Below, piece after piece: positions 9,717 to 19,244 of a stretch of DNA of 64,000 nt. This DNA is from Clostridia bacterium (GTDB lineage: Bacteria; Bacillota; Clostridia; TANB77; CAG-508). The notes beneath the pieces are model-generated. The model was not told the DNA's origin. It made no database searches and saw nothing but the letters and a program-made list of their open reading frames with translations. The translations under genes were made by a program, and so were the position numbers. The stretch's first letter is position 1. Every line of letters starts with the position of its first letter. Location of the stretch: contig JAFSBT010000009.1 of assembly GCA_017437145.1 (NCBI GenBank), positions 7,234 to 71,233 on the forward strand, given 5' to 3'.

Positions 9717-11234
9717 ATGTCTTGTAAATTTAAAACAAATGGTGTAAAAATTTTATTTTATACTATAATAGTAATTTTAATAATTTTATCTATATATATA
9801 ATTTATGGAGATAAAGAGAATAAAACGGTGGTAGTAGATAGTAGAAAAAAAGAAAACTCTATATCTTCTAATTTTTCAATTGGTATTACGGGCTATGATA
9901 CAATTAATCCTATTTTAAGTAAAAATAAGGATAGTCAATATATAAGTAAATTAATTTATAATTCTATATTAACAATTGATGAAGATTTCAGAATAAAAGA
10001 GGACTTAGCTAAAGAATATTCTAAGTTAAATAATAAAACCTACTTAATAAAATTAAAAAAGGATATATATTGGCATGATGGACAAGCTTTTACAGTAGAA
10101 GATGTGAAATTTACTATTGAAAATTTAAAAAATATTAAAGAATCATTTTATAATAAAAATGTTGAAAAAATTAAAGAAATCGAGGTGATTGATGATTATA
10201 CTTTCAAAATATATTTAGAGGAAGAGGTTGATAATTTTGAATATCTATTATGTTTTCCTATTTTAGCACAACATAGCTATGAAGAAAAAACTTTAATAAG
10301 TAAAACAAACAATCATATAGGCACAGGAAACTATAAAATAACAAGGATTGATACAGAAGAAATAATATTAAGTAATGAAAGAAATAGAGAAATAACAATT
10401 AAAATTTATCCATCAGTTACTAAACTTTATAGTGCTTTTATGAAAGAAAAGATAGATTTAATTTATACTGAAAATATAAATTATGAAGAGTATATTGGTA
10501 AAATAGGATATGGTAATAATAAATCATTAGGAAAAAAGCATGGATATTTAGTTATAAATACGAAAAAAATTGAAAGGGATGTAAGACAATCTATAAATTA
10601 TGCAATAAACAAAAATAGCATAATTTATAATAATTACAATAACAAATATATAATTGCTGATTTTCCATTAAAATATAAAAAATATTTAAAAGATGAGGAC
10701 ATAAATATTTATAAATATGATATCAATAAAGCAAAAGAAATAATTTTAAAGAAAGGAGGGAATAGTAATTTAAAATTTAACCTTTTGGTTAGCGAGAATA
10801 ATGAAAAACTAGTTTTAGCTGCTGAACAAATTAAAGAACAATTATTAGAAATTGGTATTGAAATTAAAATAATAAAGATTAGAGAACAAGATTTACAATA
10901 TTATATTAATTTAGGGCAATATGATTTAATTTTATTAGAAGAAACAATAGAATTAAATTCTGGATTAAATAATTATTTAGGTTATGATAATATTTCTAAT
11001 TATTATAATGAAGACATGAATCAGTTGTTGAAAGATATAAATAATATAAAAGATGAAAAATTATCACAAGAAAAATATAATACAGTTTTAGAAATGTATT
11101 TACAAGATATTCCATTTATTAGCTTATATTTTAGTAGTAATATAATATTATATAATTCTAAATTAAAAGGAAATTTTGAACATAATTGGTATAATTTGTT
11201 TTATAATGTAGAAGGATGGTATATAGAAATGTAG
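9717..11234 (+). CDS. family-5 (peptide/nickel type) ABC substrate-binding protein, membrane-anchored, orphan
   Basis: N-terminal TM helix. YWHDGQAFTVEDVKFTIENL-type SBP_bac_5 signature. No permease or ATPase genes nearby. Confidence 0.7.
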   Translation: MSCKFKTNGVKILFYTIIVILIILSIYIIYGDKENKTVVVDSRKKENSISSNFSIGITGYDTINPILSKNKDSQYISKLIYNSILTIDEDFRIKEDLAKEYSKLNNKTYLIKLKKDIYWHDGQAFTVEDVKFTIENLKNIKESFYNKNVEKIKEIEVIDDYTFKIYLEEEVDNFEYLLCFPILAQHSYEEKTLISKTNNHIGTGNYKITRIDTEEIILSNERNREITIKIYPSVTKLYSAFMKEKIDLIYTENINYEEYIGKIGYGNNKSLGKKHGYLVINTKKIERDVRQSINYAINKNSIIYNNYNNKYIIADFPLKYKKYLKDEDINIYKYDINKAKEIILKKGGNSNLKFNLLVSENNEKLVLAAEQIKEQLLEIGIEIKIIKIREQDLQYYINLGQYDLILLEETIELNSGLNNYLGYDNISNYYNEDMNQLLKDINNIKDEKLSQEKYNTVLEMYLQDIPFISLYFSSNIILYNSKLKGNFEHNWYNLFYNVEGWYIEM

Positions 11235-11284
11235 GGGCAGATGCCCACATCTGCCCAGGGTCGCCGTGGGCGACGACCCCTACA
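11230..11284. repeat. family-A full element
   Basis: TGTAGGGG-CAGATGCCCACATCTG-CCCAGGGTCGCCGTGGGCGACGA-CCCCTACA. Its TAG (11232-11234) is the stop codon of the preceding gene. Confidence 0.8.
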
Positions 11285-11356
11285 AATTAAAATGAGCAAA
11301 TAAAAAAATTTCAAAAAACTATTGACAAAAAAAAATAATAATATATAATAATAACC

Positions 11357-11368
11357 AAACAGACGTTT
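11357..11368. promoter_or_regulatory. putative LexA (SOS) box, AAAC-N4-GTTT variant
   Basis: ccAAACagacGTTTGA between the TTGACA-type promoter and the recA RBS. The same motif lies upstream of lexA. Confidence 0.55.
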
Positions 11369-11390
11369 GAAAAAACTAAGGAGGAAAAAA

Positions 11391-12446
11391 ATGAGTAATG
11401 AAAATTTAGAAAAACAAAGAGCATTAGAAGCAGCACTAGGACAAATCGAAAAACAATTTGGTAAAGGTTCTGTTATGAAACTAGGAGAATACCAAGAAAT
11501 GAATATAGAGGCAATTCCTACAGGAGCATTAAACTTAGATGTAGCATTAGGAATAGGAGGAATTCCAAGAGGAAGAATTATTGAAATATATGGTCCTGAA
11601 TCATCAGGAAAAACAACACTTGCATTACATGCAATAGCAGAAGCACAAAAATTAGGAGGAGAAGCGGCATTTATAGATGCAGAACATGCTTTAGATCCAG
11701 TTTATGCTAAACATTTAGGAGTAGATATAGACAATTTAATAGTATCTCAACCAGATACAGGAGAACAAGCATTAGAAATAACAGAAGCGTTAACAAGAAG
11801 TGGAGCAGTAGATATTATAGTTGTTGACTCAGTTGCAGCTTTAGTTCCAAAAGCTGAAATCGATGGAGATATGGGAGATTCTCATGTAGGTTTACAAGCA
11901 AGATTAATGTCACAAGCTTTAAGAAAATTAGCTGGTGTAGTAAATAAATCGAAAACAGTTATTATATTTATTAATCAATTAAGAGAAAAAGTTGGAATTA
12001 TGTTTGGAAATCCTGAAACAACACCAGGAGGAAGAGCTTTAAAATTCTACTCATCAGTTAGATTAGATATTAGAAAAATAGAAAATTTAAAAGCTGATGG
12101 AGAAGTTATTGGAAATAGAGCAAGAGTTAAAGTTATAAAAAATAAAGTTGCACCACCATTTAGAGAGGCAGAATTTGATATTATATATGGAAAAGGAATA
12201 TCAAAAGAAGGAACAGTATTAGACTTAGCAGTTAATTTAGAGATAATTGATAAAAGCGGAGCGTGGTTTAGTTACAATGGAGATAAAATTGGACAAGGAA
12301 GGGAAAATGCAAAAAAATATTTACAAGATAATCCTGAATTAATGCAAGAAGTTGAAACAAAAATAAGAAACAATTTTTCACAAGCTTTTGAAAAAAGCTT
12401 AGGTGATGATGTTGTAGACAAAAATGATGAAGACATAGATGAATAA
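11391..12446 (+). CDS. recA: recombinase RecA
   Basis: GPESSGKTT Walker A and the rest of the RecA core. Start trimmed to the ATG after AAGGAGG. Confidence 0.97.
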   Translation: MSNENLEKQRALEAALGQIEKQFGKGSVMKLGEYQEMNIEAIPTGALNLDVALGIGGIPRGRIIEIYGPESSGKTTLALHAIAEAQKLGGEAAFIDAEHALDPVYAKHLGVDIDNLIVSQPDTGEQALEITEALTRSGAVDIIVVDSVAALVPKAEIDGDMGDSHVGLQARLMSQALRKLAGVVNKSKTVIIFINQLREKVGIMFGNPETTPGGRALKFYSSVRLDIRKIENLKADGEVIGNRARVKVIKNKVAPPFREAEFDIIYGKGISKEGTVLDLAVNLEIIDKSGAWFSYNGDKIGQGRENAKKYLQDNPELMQEVETKIRNNFSQAFEKSLGDDVVDKNDEDIDE

Positions 12447-12470
12447 AAAGATAATTGCTATAAAAATATA

Positions 12471-12503
12471 TTGTAGGGGCAGACGCCCACGGCTGCCCTG
12501 GGT
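12471..12503. repeat. family-A half element
   Basis: TTGTAGGGGCAGACGCCCACGGCTGCCCTGGG. Confidence 0.7.
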
Positions 12504-12568
12504 TAATTTTAATAAAAAATGTATGTGGCGGGCATAAATGTCTGCCATTTAAATTTCAGGAGAGAAAC

Positions 12569-13009
12569 ATGGACGAAGAATATGATAGATTAAAAACTAA
12601 AGTATTAAGGTATGTTTTATATAAAAAAAGAACGGAAAACGAGGTTAGACAAAAATTTGCAGAAAACACTGGAAATATTTTAGAAAATATTATAGAATAC
12701 CTAAAGCAAGAAGATTATATAAATGACAGAAGATATATAGAAAAATCAGTTAATGAATTTAAAGCATTAAAAAATATGTCTATTAAGGAAGTAAAATACA
12801 AACTAATTTCAAAAGGCATAAAATCAAATTTGATAGATGACTATATTTATAATAATAAAGAAAGTTTATTGGATTATGAAATAGTTTCGGCAAAAAATAT
12901 TTTAATGAAAAAAGCTAATATTTTAGAACAAAATGAAATTATAGAGTATTTAAATAAAAAAGGATATATGAGAGAAAGTATTAATATAGCTTTAGAAGAT
13001 TTAACATAA
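12569..13009 (+). CDS. recX: RecX-like regulator
   Basis: 146 aa. Position after recA and helical-repeat composition. Sequence signature weak. Confidence 0.6.
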   Translation: MDEEYDRLKTKVLRYVLYKKRTENEVRQKFAENTGNILENIIEYLKQEDYINDRRYIEKSVNEFKALKNMSIKEVKYKLISKGIKSNLIDDYIYNNKESLLDYEIVSAKNILMKKANILEQNEIIEYLNKKGYMRESINIALEDLT

Positions 13010-13023
13010 GGTTAGGGGTAAAA

Positions 13024-13803
13024 ATGAACAACATATTAACTTTAGAAACAACTAAATATGCAATAAGATTAGATAATTTTGAAGGACCATTAGACTTACT
13101 ATGTCATTTAGTTGATAAAAATAAAATGGAAATACATGATGTTAATATTACAGAAATAGCAGACCAATACATTGAATATTTAAATGAAATGGAAGAATTA
13201 AACTTAGAAATAGCAAGTGAGTTTTTAGTAATGGCGTCAACACTTTTATACTTGAAATCAAAGAGTCTTTTACCAAAACAAGTAGAAGATGAAGGAGAAC
13301 TTACTGAAGAAGAGTTAATATATAGAATTATAGAATATAAAAAATATAAAGAAATCAGTAAAACATTAAAAGAATTTTATGAAACATATTCAAAAAGGTT
13401 TTTCAAAATTCCTGATAAAATAGAATTTCCAGCTAAGAAATTAGAAGATAAGTTTTCATCAGATTTAATATATGAGAACTATAAGAATTTGCTAGATAGA
13501 GCTACTGCTAAAGTAAATAAAAATGCAGTTAATATTCAAAAATTAGCAGTTACTGAAACAGTAACAATTGCTAGTAAGGTAAAAGATATTTTTAGAGAAT
13601 TAGTAAAAAAACAAAAGTTTATTTTTAATAAATTATGTATTAGTAAAAAGTATAATAAATTAGAAGTAATTACTGCATTTTCAGGAGTTCTAGAATTAAC
13701 AAGAAAAAATAAAATAATAGCAAACCAGGAAACAAATTTTGGAGATATAATAGTTGAACGTAGTAAAAAGAAAATAGAAAGTACAGAAGAACAAGCTGGA
13801 TAG
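13024..13803 (+). CDS. scpA: segregation and condensation protein A
   Basis: FEGPLDLLCHLV... kleisin N-terminus, 259 aa. Confidence 0.9.
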   Translation: MNNILTLETTKYAIRLDNFEGPLDLLCHLVDKNKMEIHDVNITEIADQYIEYLNEMEELNLEIASEFLVMASTLLYLKSKSLLPKQVEDEGELTEEELIYRIIEYKKYKEISKTLKEFYETYSKRFFKIPDKIEFPAKKLEDKFSSDLIYENYKNLLDRATAKVNKNAVNIQKLAVTETVTIASKVKDIFRELVKKQKFIFNKLCISKKYNKLEVITAFSGVLELTRKNKIIANQETNFGDIIVERSKKKIESTEEQAG

Positions 13804-13895
13804 TTTTTATTTAATTAAACTTAAAAATTAATATTTTTAATAATTTGGTATTACAGAGTATTTTTTTAAATAGATTAATTCAATAAAAAAGTAAT

Positions 13896-13938
13896 AAAGA
13901 AACAAGATATTATAAAAATTATCTTGTTTCTTTATTTT
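13896..13938 (+). terminator. scpA terminator
   Basis: AAAGAAACAAGAT-loop-ATCTTGTTTCTTT + ATTTT. Confidence 0.8.
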
Positions 13939-14026
13939 AAATATGATATTATTTCATTACTCTTGAAGGTCATTGTCCACTAATAATCACATTCTTTGAG
14001 CAGTTTTAAATTTTACAGCAAAGGGG

Positions 14027-14422
14027 GTGAAGAATGTGCTTATACTCTTAGAGGATTTAGGGAAAGATATCGAAACTAAAGCTTCAACACAGGAGTGGCA
14101 GTACGCAAAAGCCAATTTTGTAGGTCCGTTTCTTAAATTTACAAAGGTAACTAAAAAGAGCGGAGACGTTTATATTACTTTTGAAAAAGGTATAAAAGTA
14201 GAGGACCCTAAATATATAGAAAAACAAGATACAAAACTCAACTTGGTTGCTAAAGCCATTGTTGAAATTGTACAGGATACTCCTAAAGGAGTTATTCATG
14301 TAGCTGTTTTTGGGGTTTTCGAAACTTTCAATTCTAATGTTGAAGAAGTTGTAAAAAGAGAGCTTTCAGAAATTGTCTTACGCAGAGCAGATATTTATGG
14401 TGGACCCAAGGGAGGAAGCTAA
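14027..14422 (+). CDS. hypothetical about 130-aa protein, GC-richer cassette 2
   Basis: RBS GGGGGTG. Start GTG 14027 or more likely GTG 14036. No family recognised. Confidence 0.5.
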   Translation: MKNVLILLEDLGKDIETKASTQEWQYAKANFVGPFLKFTKVTKKSGDVYITFEKGIKVEDPKYIEKQDTKLNLVAKAIVEIVQDTPKGVIHVAVFGVFETFNSNVEEVVKRELSEIVLRRADIYGGPKGGS

Positions 14423-14602
14423 ACTCTTTTAAAGGAACAGGCAGGTTTTATAAATCTGCCTGTTTCGCCATTATATAATAAAAAAAATACGAAAACTGCA
14501 TAACTACTTGATATTTTATATGAAAGATGATATATAATAGATATTAAAATTATAACTACTTCATACATTTCGATAAATATTATGCATTAGGAGGTGAACA
14601 GT

Positions 14603-14845
14603 ATGAAGGTAGTCACACCGGTAGTTATAATACCGGAAGCTGGGGAAGGGCTCTTCAACTTAGCGTCAAAAATTCACGATGCCATTAAATCAGGTAAGAT
14701 TGGGGCAGAGATGGTTTTTCTTAAGTTGCCGGTTGATCCTAAATATCCTGATGAGTCAGGAAAAATGATCGAGGTTACAGACACGTCGTCCGTAGAGGCG
14801 ATTAGAGATTCTATCGGAAAGCAGACGGTACGTTGGGGGTTCTAA
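14603..14845 (+). CDS. hypothetical 80-aa protein, GC-richer cassette 2
   Basis: AGGAGG RBS then ATG 14603. Own promoter TTGATA-17-TATATAAT. Hairpin 14856-14893 downstream. Confidence 0.5.
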   Translation: MKVVTPVVIIPEAGEGLFNLASKIHDAIKSGKIGAEMVFLKLPVDPKYPDESGKMIEVTDTSSVEAIRDSIGKQTVRWGF

Positions 14846-15066
14846 CCAGAATAATGAGGGTATGGGAATTCGTTCCTATGCCCTTATTTCTATACTAGGA
14901 AAGTTGAACTTTCCTAGTACAGAAAATGCTATAATCGCTATTGCTTGCTTTAGACTTCCTCATTACATTCGGGAGCTCGAATCGGCGAGAAGAAAAGTGT
15001 GGCAAAGACACTTTTCTTATGTTTAAAAAAATATATAATGGGAAAAATATTTTTAAGGAGTATTTT

Positions 15067-15678
15067 ATGCAGATAATATTAATAATTTGTTTTATAATAT
15101 TTTTTCTTTTATTACTTATATTTTTCTCAACTTTAAAAATTAAAATAAAGGAAGTTAAAATAAATACAGATAATAATATAAAAATATATGATATAGACTT
15201 TTGTTTTTATTTTTTTAAAATAATGTATTTTAAGATAAATGTAAACAATAAAAAAATAAAGAAAAATAAGTTTAAGTCTAAATTATTAGAGAAAATTTTC
15301 AATGTAGAAGAAGGCTTTGACAAATGGAGAGTAAAAAAGATAATAGGAATCATTAAGTCAATCAAAATAGAAAGGATAAATTTAAATATAGATTTTGGAT
15401 TAGAAGATGTAATTGTAACTTCTTTTATTACAGCATTTATAAGTTCAATATTAGGGATTCTTTTAGCGAATAAAATACAAAAATATAAAAAAGAGAATGT
15501 AAAATATAAAGTTGTACCATTTTATATAAATAGAAATTTTTTGAATCTAGAGTTAAATTGTATAATATTTACAAAAGTAGTACATATTATACATATGATT
15601 ATTAAACAAAAAAGAAGGAGTGAAGAGAAAAATGGAAGAACATCCAATAGAAAATTTAATGTTAACAGCTATGGATAG
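15067..15678 (+). CDS. YtfI-like (DUF2953-type) sporulation membrane protein
   Basis: AAGGAG then ATG 15067. N-terminal TM helix. Position immediately upstream of ytfJ. The ORF track's upstream extension covers cassette hairpins. Confidence 0.45.
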   Translation: MQIILIICFIIFFLLLLIFFSTLKIKIKEVKINTDNNIKIYDIDFCFYFFKIMYFKINVNNKKIKKNKFKSKLLEKIFNVEEGFDKWRVKKIIGIIKSIKIERINLNIDFGLEDVIVTSFITAFISSILGILLANKIQKYKKENVKYKVVPFYINRNFLNLELNCIIFTKVVHIIHMIIKQKRRSEEKNGRTSNRKFNVNSYG

Positions 15679-16135
15679 TATTAGAGATATGATAGATGTA
15701 AATACAATAATAGGAGATGCAATAGAAGCGAACAATGTTGTAATTATTCCAATATCAAAAGTTGCTTTTGGATTTGCAGCAGGAGGAAGTGAATTTAAAA
15801 CTGAAGTAGTAGATGAATATGAAAAGGAAGAAAAAGGCGAAGAGAAGATTAAATATAGATTACCATTTGGAGGAGGAAGTGGAGCAGGAGTGAGTATAGC
15901 ACCGATTGGATTTTTAACGGTAGATACTGAAAATAAATGTCCAAGATTTGTGCCAGTAGAGCATAAATGTAGTATAGATAAATTAATAGACTATGTTCCA
16001 GATTTATTTGAAAAAGTAGAAAAAATGATGTGTAAAAAGGACAAGCAAAATAACAATGAAAAACAAAACTATACTTATTATAACTCTAAAGCAAATGAAG
16101 AAGATGTAGAAGAAGAAACTCAAGAAGATGATTAA
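15632..16135 (+). CDS. ytfJ: sporulation protein YtfJ (GerW family)
   Basis: HPIENLM..., IIPISKVAFGFAAGGSEF, LPFGGGSGAGVSIAPIGFL motifs. Confidence 0.85.
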   Translation: MEEHPIENLMLTAMDSIRDMIDVNTIIGDAIEANNVVIIPISKVAFGFAAGGSEFKTEVVDEYEKEEKGEEKIKYRLPFGGGSGAGVSIAPIGFLTVDTENKCPRFVPVEHKCSIDKLIDYVPDLFEKVEKMMCKKDKQNNNEKQNYTYYNSKANEEDVEEETQEDD

Positions 16136-16140
16136 TTGAT

Positions 16141-16172
16141 TTGTCGCGTTGGGGACATTCCTCAACGCGACA
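16141..16172. terminator. bidirectional terminator ytfJ / dapB
   Basis: TTGTCGCGTTG-loop-CAACGCGACAA. Confidence 0.8.
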
Positions 16173-16179
16173 AAATACT

Positions 16180-16932
16180 TTAAACTAAATTATCCATGTT
16201 ATATAATCCATTTTTTTGTTTTACAATAAATTCAGCTGCTTTTAATGTACCATTAGCAAATATACTTCTTGATGTTACATTATGAGTTATTTCAAATGAT
16301 TCGTTTTCTCCATAAAATGCAACAGTGTGTTTTCCAACTTCAGTTCCGCCTCTAATTGAGTGGATTCCAATTTCTTTTTTTGAACGTTTTTCTTTTTTTG
16401 AATGTCTATTATATTCATAATACATTTCATTGTCTAAAGCTTTATTTATACTATCTGCTAATATTAAGGCAGTTCCACTAGGCGAATCTATTTTTTTATT
16501 ATGATGAGTTTCAATTATTTCTATATCTGAGTCTTTTAATTTCACAGCAAGTTCTGCTACAATTTTTGACATTAGACAAACTTCAAAAGACATATTTGCT
16601 GATTTGAAAATAGGTAAATCTTTAGAAAATTTTTCTATTAAAAGTAGTTGGTCTTCAGAAAAACCAGTAGTAGCAATTACAATTGGAATGTTATTTTCAC
16701 ATGCATATCCTAATATATTTAAACTAGCTTCAGGAGTAGAAAAATCAATTATAACATCAATGTCAGCAGAGTTTTGAATATTTTCTAAATTATTGTATAT
16801 TGGGAAGACATTATTTAAATCTTCTTTAATATCATAGCCACATATAACATTAAAATTATTATTTTGTTTTATTTGATTAAAAACCTCTTGTCCCATTCTT
16901 CCATGAGCACCATTAATCAATACATTTAACAT
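16180..16932 (-). CDS. dapB: 4-hydroxy-tetrahydrodipicolinate reductase
   Basis: NGAHGRMG N-terminus, ETHHNKKIDSPSGTA motif. Confidence 0.92.
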   Translation of the reverse strand: MLNVLINGAHGRMGQEVFNQIKQNNNFNVICGYDIKEDLNNVFPIYNNLENIQNSADIDVIIDFSTPEASLNILGYACENNIPIVIATTGFSEDQLLLIEKFSKDLPIFKSANMSFEVCLMSKIVAELAVKLKDSDIEIIETHHNKKIDSPSGTALILADSINKALDNEMYYEYNRHSKKEKRSKKEIGIHSIRGGTEVGKHTVAFYGENESFEITHNVTSRSIFANGTLKAAEFIVKQKNGLYNMDNLV

Positions 16933-16955
16933 AGAATAAACACCTCACATAAGTT

Positions 16956-17843
16956 TTATATTTTGATTCCATAATTGAGCATAGATTTTTTTAGTCTTTC
17001 TTTACCATTTTTACTCATTTCAACTAAAGGTAATCTTGGGATTCCTGCATTATATCCTAAAAGATTAACCGCTTCTTTTACAGGAATAGGATTTACCTCG
17101 CAAAATAGGCTAGATGTTAAATCAAGAGTATCTAATTGTGATTTTATAGCTTCATCTATTTTCCCATTAAAGAAATTATAAACCATATCATGAACATCTC
17201 TAGGTACGATGTTTGATAGTACTGATATAACTCCAAGACCTCCAACAGAAAGAGTAGGTAAGATTTGGTCGTCATTACCTGAGTATATAGTTAAATTGTC
17301 TCTACATAAACTTGCAATTTCAGCAACTTGTGATATATTTCCACTAGCTTCTTTAATTGCAACTATATTTTGTATTTTAGATAATTCTAAACATGTTGAA
17401 GGTAAAATATTTACACCGGTTCTTCCAGGGACATTATATAAAATTATCGGTAAAGATGTAGTTTTAGCAATAGTTTTATAATGTTCTATAAGTCCTGCTT
17501 GAGTTGTTTTATTGTAATAAGGAGTAACTATTAAAACAGCATCTGCACCAACTTCTTCAGCATATTTAGTCATTTCAATTACTGATTTTGTGCAATTTCC
17601 ACCAGTTCCTGCAATAATAGGAATACGTTTATTTGCAACATCAATAGCAAATTTAATAGTTTCTTTTTTTTCTTCTACAGTCATTGTTGAAGCTTCGCCT
17701 GTAGTGCCACAAACTATAATACTATCAGCGCCTCCAGCAATTTGAAATTCAATTAATTTTTTAAATTCTTCAAAATTAACACCATCTTCAGTAAATGGAG
17801 TAATAATAGCTGTTCCACAGCCTTTAAATATAACTTTTTTCAT
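16956..17843 (-). CDS. dapA: 4-hydroxy-tetrahydrodipicolinate synthase
   Basis: GTAIITPF, GTTGE, IKEASG motifs, 295 aa. Confidence 0.95.
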   Translation of the reverse strand: MKKVIFKGCGTAIITPFTEDGVNFEEFKKLIEFQIAGGADSIIVCGTTGEASTMTVEEKKETIKFAIDVANKRIPIIAGTGGNCTKSVIEMTKYAEEVGADAVLIVTPYYNKTTQAGLIEHYKTIAKTTSLPIILYNVPGRTGVNILPSTCLELSKIQNIVAIKEASGNISQVAEIASLCRDNLTIYSGNDDQILPTLSVGGLGVISVLSNIVPRDVHDMVYNFFNGKIDEAIKSQLDTLDLTSSLFCEVNPIPVKEAVNLLGYNAGIPRLPLVEMSKNGKERLKKSMLNYGIKI

Positions 17844-17848
17844 ATTTT

Positions 17849-18844
17849 TTATTTCCTTTCTTCAATAATTTTTTCAATAATTTGAACTGCATTACTAGCA
17901 GCGCCTTTACGAATATTGTCTGCTACGACCCACATGTTAATTCCATAAGGAATGCTATCATCACGTCTAATTCGTCCAACAAAAACTTTATCAGAGCCAC
18001 AAGCTTTTGTGGCAAGTGGATATATATTATGAGATATATCGTCTTGAACAACAATACCTGGACTGTTTTTTAATAATTCTCTAAGTTCATTTAAATCAAA
18101 ATCGTTTTCGAATTCTACATTTATAGATTCGCTATGAGAATTTATAACCGGAACTCTAACTGTTGTGGCTGTAATTTTTAAGTTAGGTTTTCCTAAAATT
18201 TTACGAGTTTCATTTATCATTTTTAATTCTTCTTTTGTGTAACCATTATCAGTAAAAACATCTATTTGAGGTAAGCAGTTATTAACAATTTCATAAGGAA
18301 ATTTTTTTGGAGGCAAACCTTTTAAACCATCATTTAAGTCATCAACACCTTGTTTGCCTGCTCCAGAAACTGCTTGATATGTATTATAAACAATTCTTTT
18401 TATATCATATTTATCATCCAAAGGTTTTAAAGCGACAACTGCTTGAATTGTAGAACAGTTGGGGTTAGCTATAATTCCTTGATGTTCTTTTATTGTATCT
18501 GAATTTACTTCAGGAACAACAAGAGGAACAGTGTTTTCCATTCTGAAAGCACTACTATTATCTACAACTATTACACCACAAGAAGCAGCAATAGGAGCAA
18601 ATTTTAATGCAGTAGAACCACCAGCAGAAAAAATTGCAAAATCAAAACCTTCGTCAAATGAATCTTCTTTTAATTCTTTTACAATGTACTCTTTATCTAA
18701 AAATTTAATTTTCTTTCCTGCAGATTTATATGAAGAAAAGAAAGTATATTCAAAGTTTGGAAAATTTTTTTCTTCCAAAACTTTAATTGCGGTTCTACCA
18801 ACCACACCTGTTGCACCAATTAAAGCTAGCTTGTAAGTTTTCAT
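17849..18844 (-). CDS. asd: aspartate-semialdehyde dehydrogenase
   Basis: MKTYKLALIGATGVVG start (trimmed from the 18979 ORF), NPNCSTI active-site motif. Confidence 0.93.
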   Translation of the reverse strand: MKTYKLALIGATGVVGRTAIKVLEEKNFPNFEYTFFSSYKSAGKKIKFLDKEYIVKELKEDSFDEGFDFAIFSAGGSTALKFAPIAASCGVIVVDNSSAFRMENTVPLVVPEVNSDTIKEHQGIIANPNCSTIQAVVALKPLDDKYDIKRIVYNTYQAVSGAGKQGVDDLNDGLKGLPPKKFPYEIVNNCLPQIDVFTDNGYTKEELKMINETRKILGKPNLKITATTVRVPVINSHSESINVEFENDFDLNELRELLKNSPGIVVQDDISHNIYPLATKACGSDKVFVGRIRRDDSIPYGINMWVVADNIRKGAASNAVQIIEKIIEERK

Positions 18845-19052
18845 AAGAAACACCTCTTTAATTCGAGAATGTAAAATAAGTTTCATAATTATAAAACTTA
18901 ATATAATTTTTCTAGAGCTATTATATGCTATAAATTGGAAAAATGGAATAAAAAATAGTAAATTTTTGCGTATTAACAATAAAATATCTATATTTCTTTA
19001 AATCAATGAGGCATATTTCATGTTTTAAACAAGTACACGATTATTAATTAAT

Positions 19053-19160
19053 TTGTAGGGGTCGTCGCCCTCGGCGACCCGGGTATATATGAAAATGATA
19101 AAATATTTATATATAGGGAAAGCCTTTGAAGTGCGGACGAACAATGTTCGCCCCTACAAA
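19053..19160. repeat. family-A split element (two halves around an AT-rich spacer)
   Basis: TTGTAGGGGTCGTCGCCCTCGGCGACCCGGG ... CTTTGAAGTGCGGACGAACAATGTTCGCCCCTACAAA. Confidence 0.75.
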
Positions 19161-19244
19161 TAATTTAAATAAATCTGATTGATAAAACATTGACTAAAAA
19201 TTCTTTATGTTATAAAATATTTACGGAAAGAAGGGTGACTAAAA

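Noticed and set aside
17849-18979. Long N-terminal extensions given by the ORF track (asd to 18979, rny from 5756, recA from 11367, trpS from 53722, lexA from 56549, Big_2 gene from 35972, ytfI-like from 14941, PFK-like from 38342).
   Set aside because: Internal starts with proper Shine-Dalgarno spacing coincide with the conserved protein N-termini. The extensions cover promoters, hairpins or repeats.
18845-19050. A lysine riboswitch upstream of asd-dapA-dapB, and T-boxes upstream of trpS and alaS.
   Set aside because: I read the leaders on the coding strand. No L-box core (AGAGGCGC...GGGAG) and no T-box sequence (GGTGGTACCGCG) is present. Only valS has a T-box.
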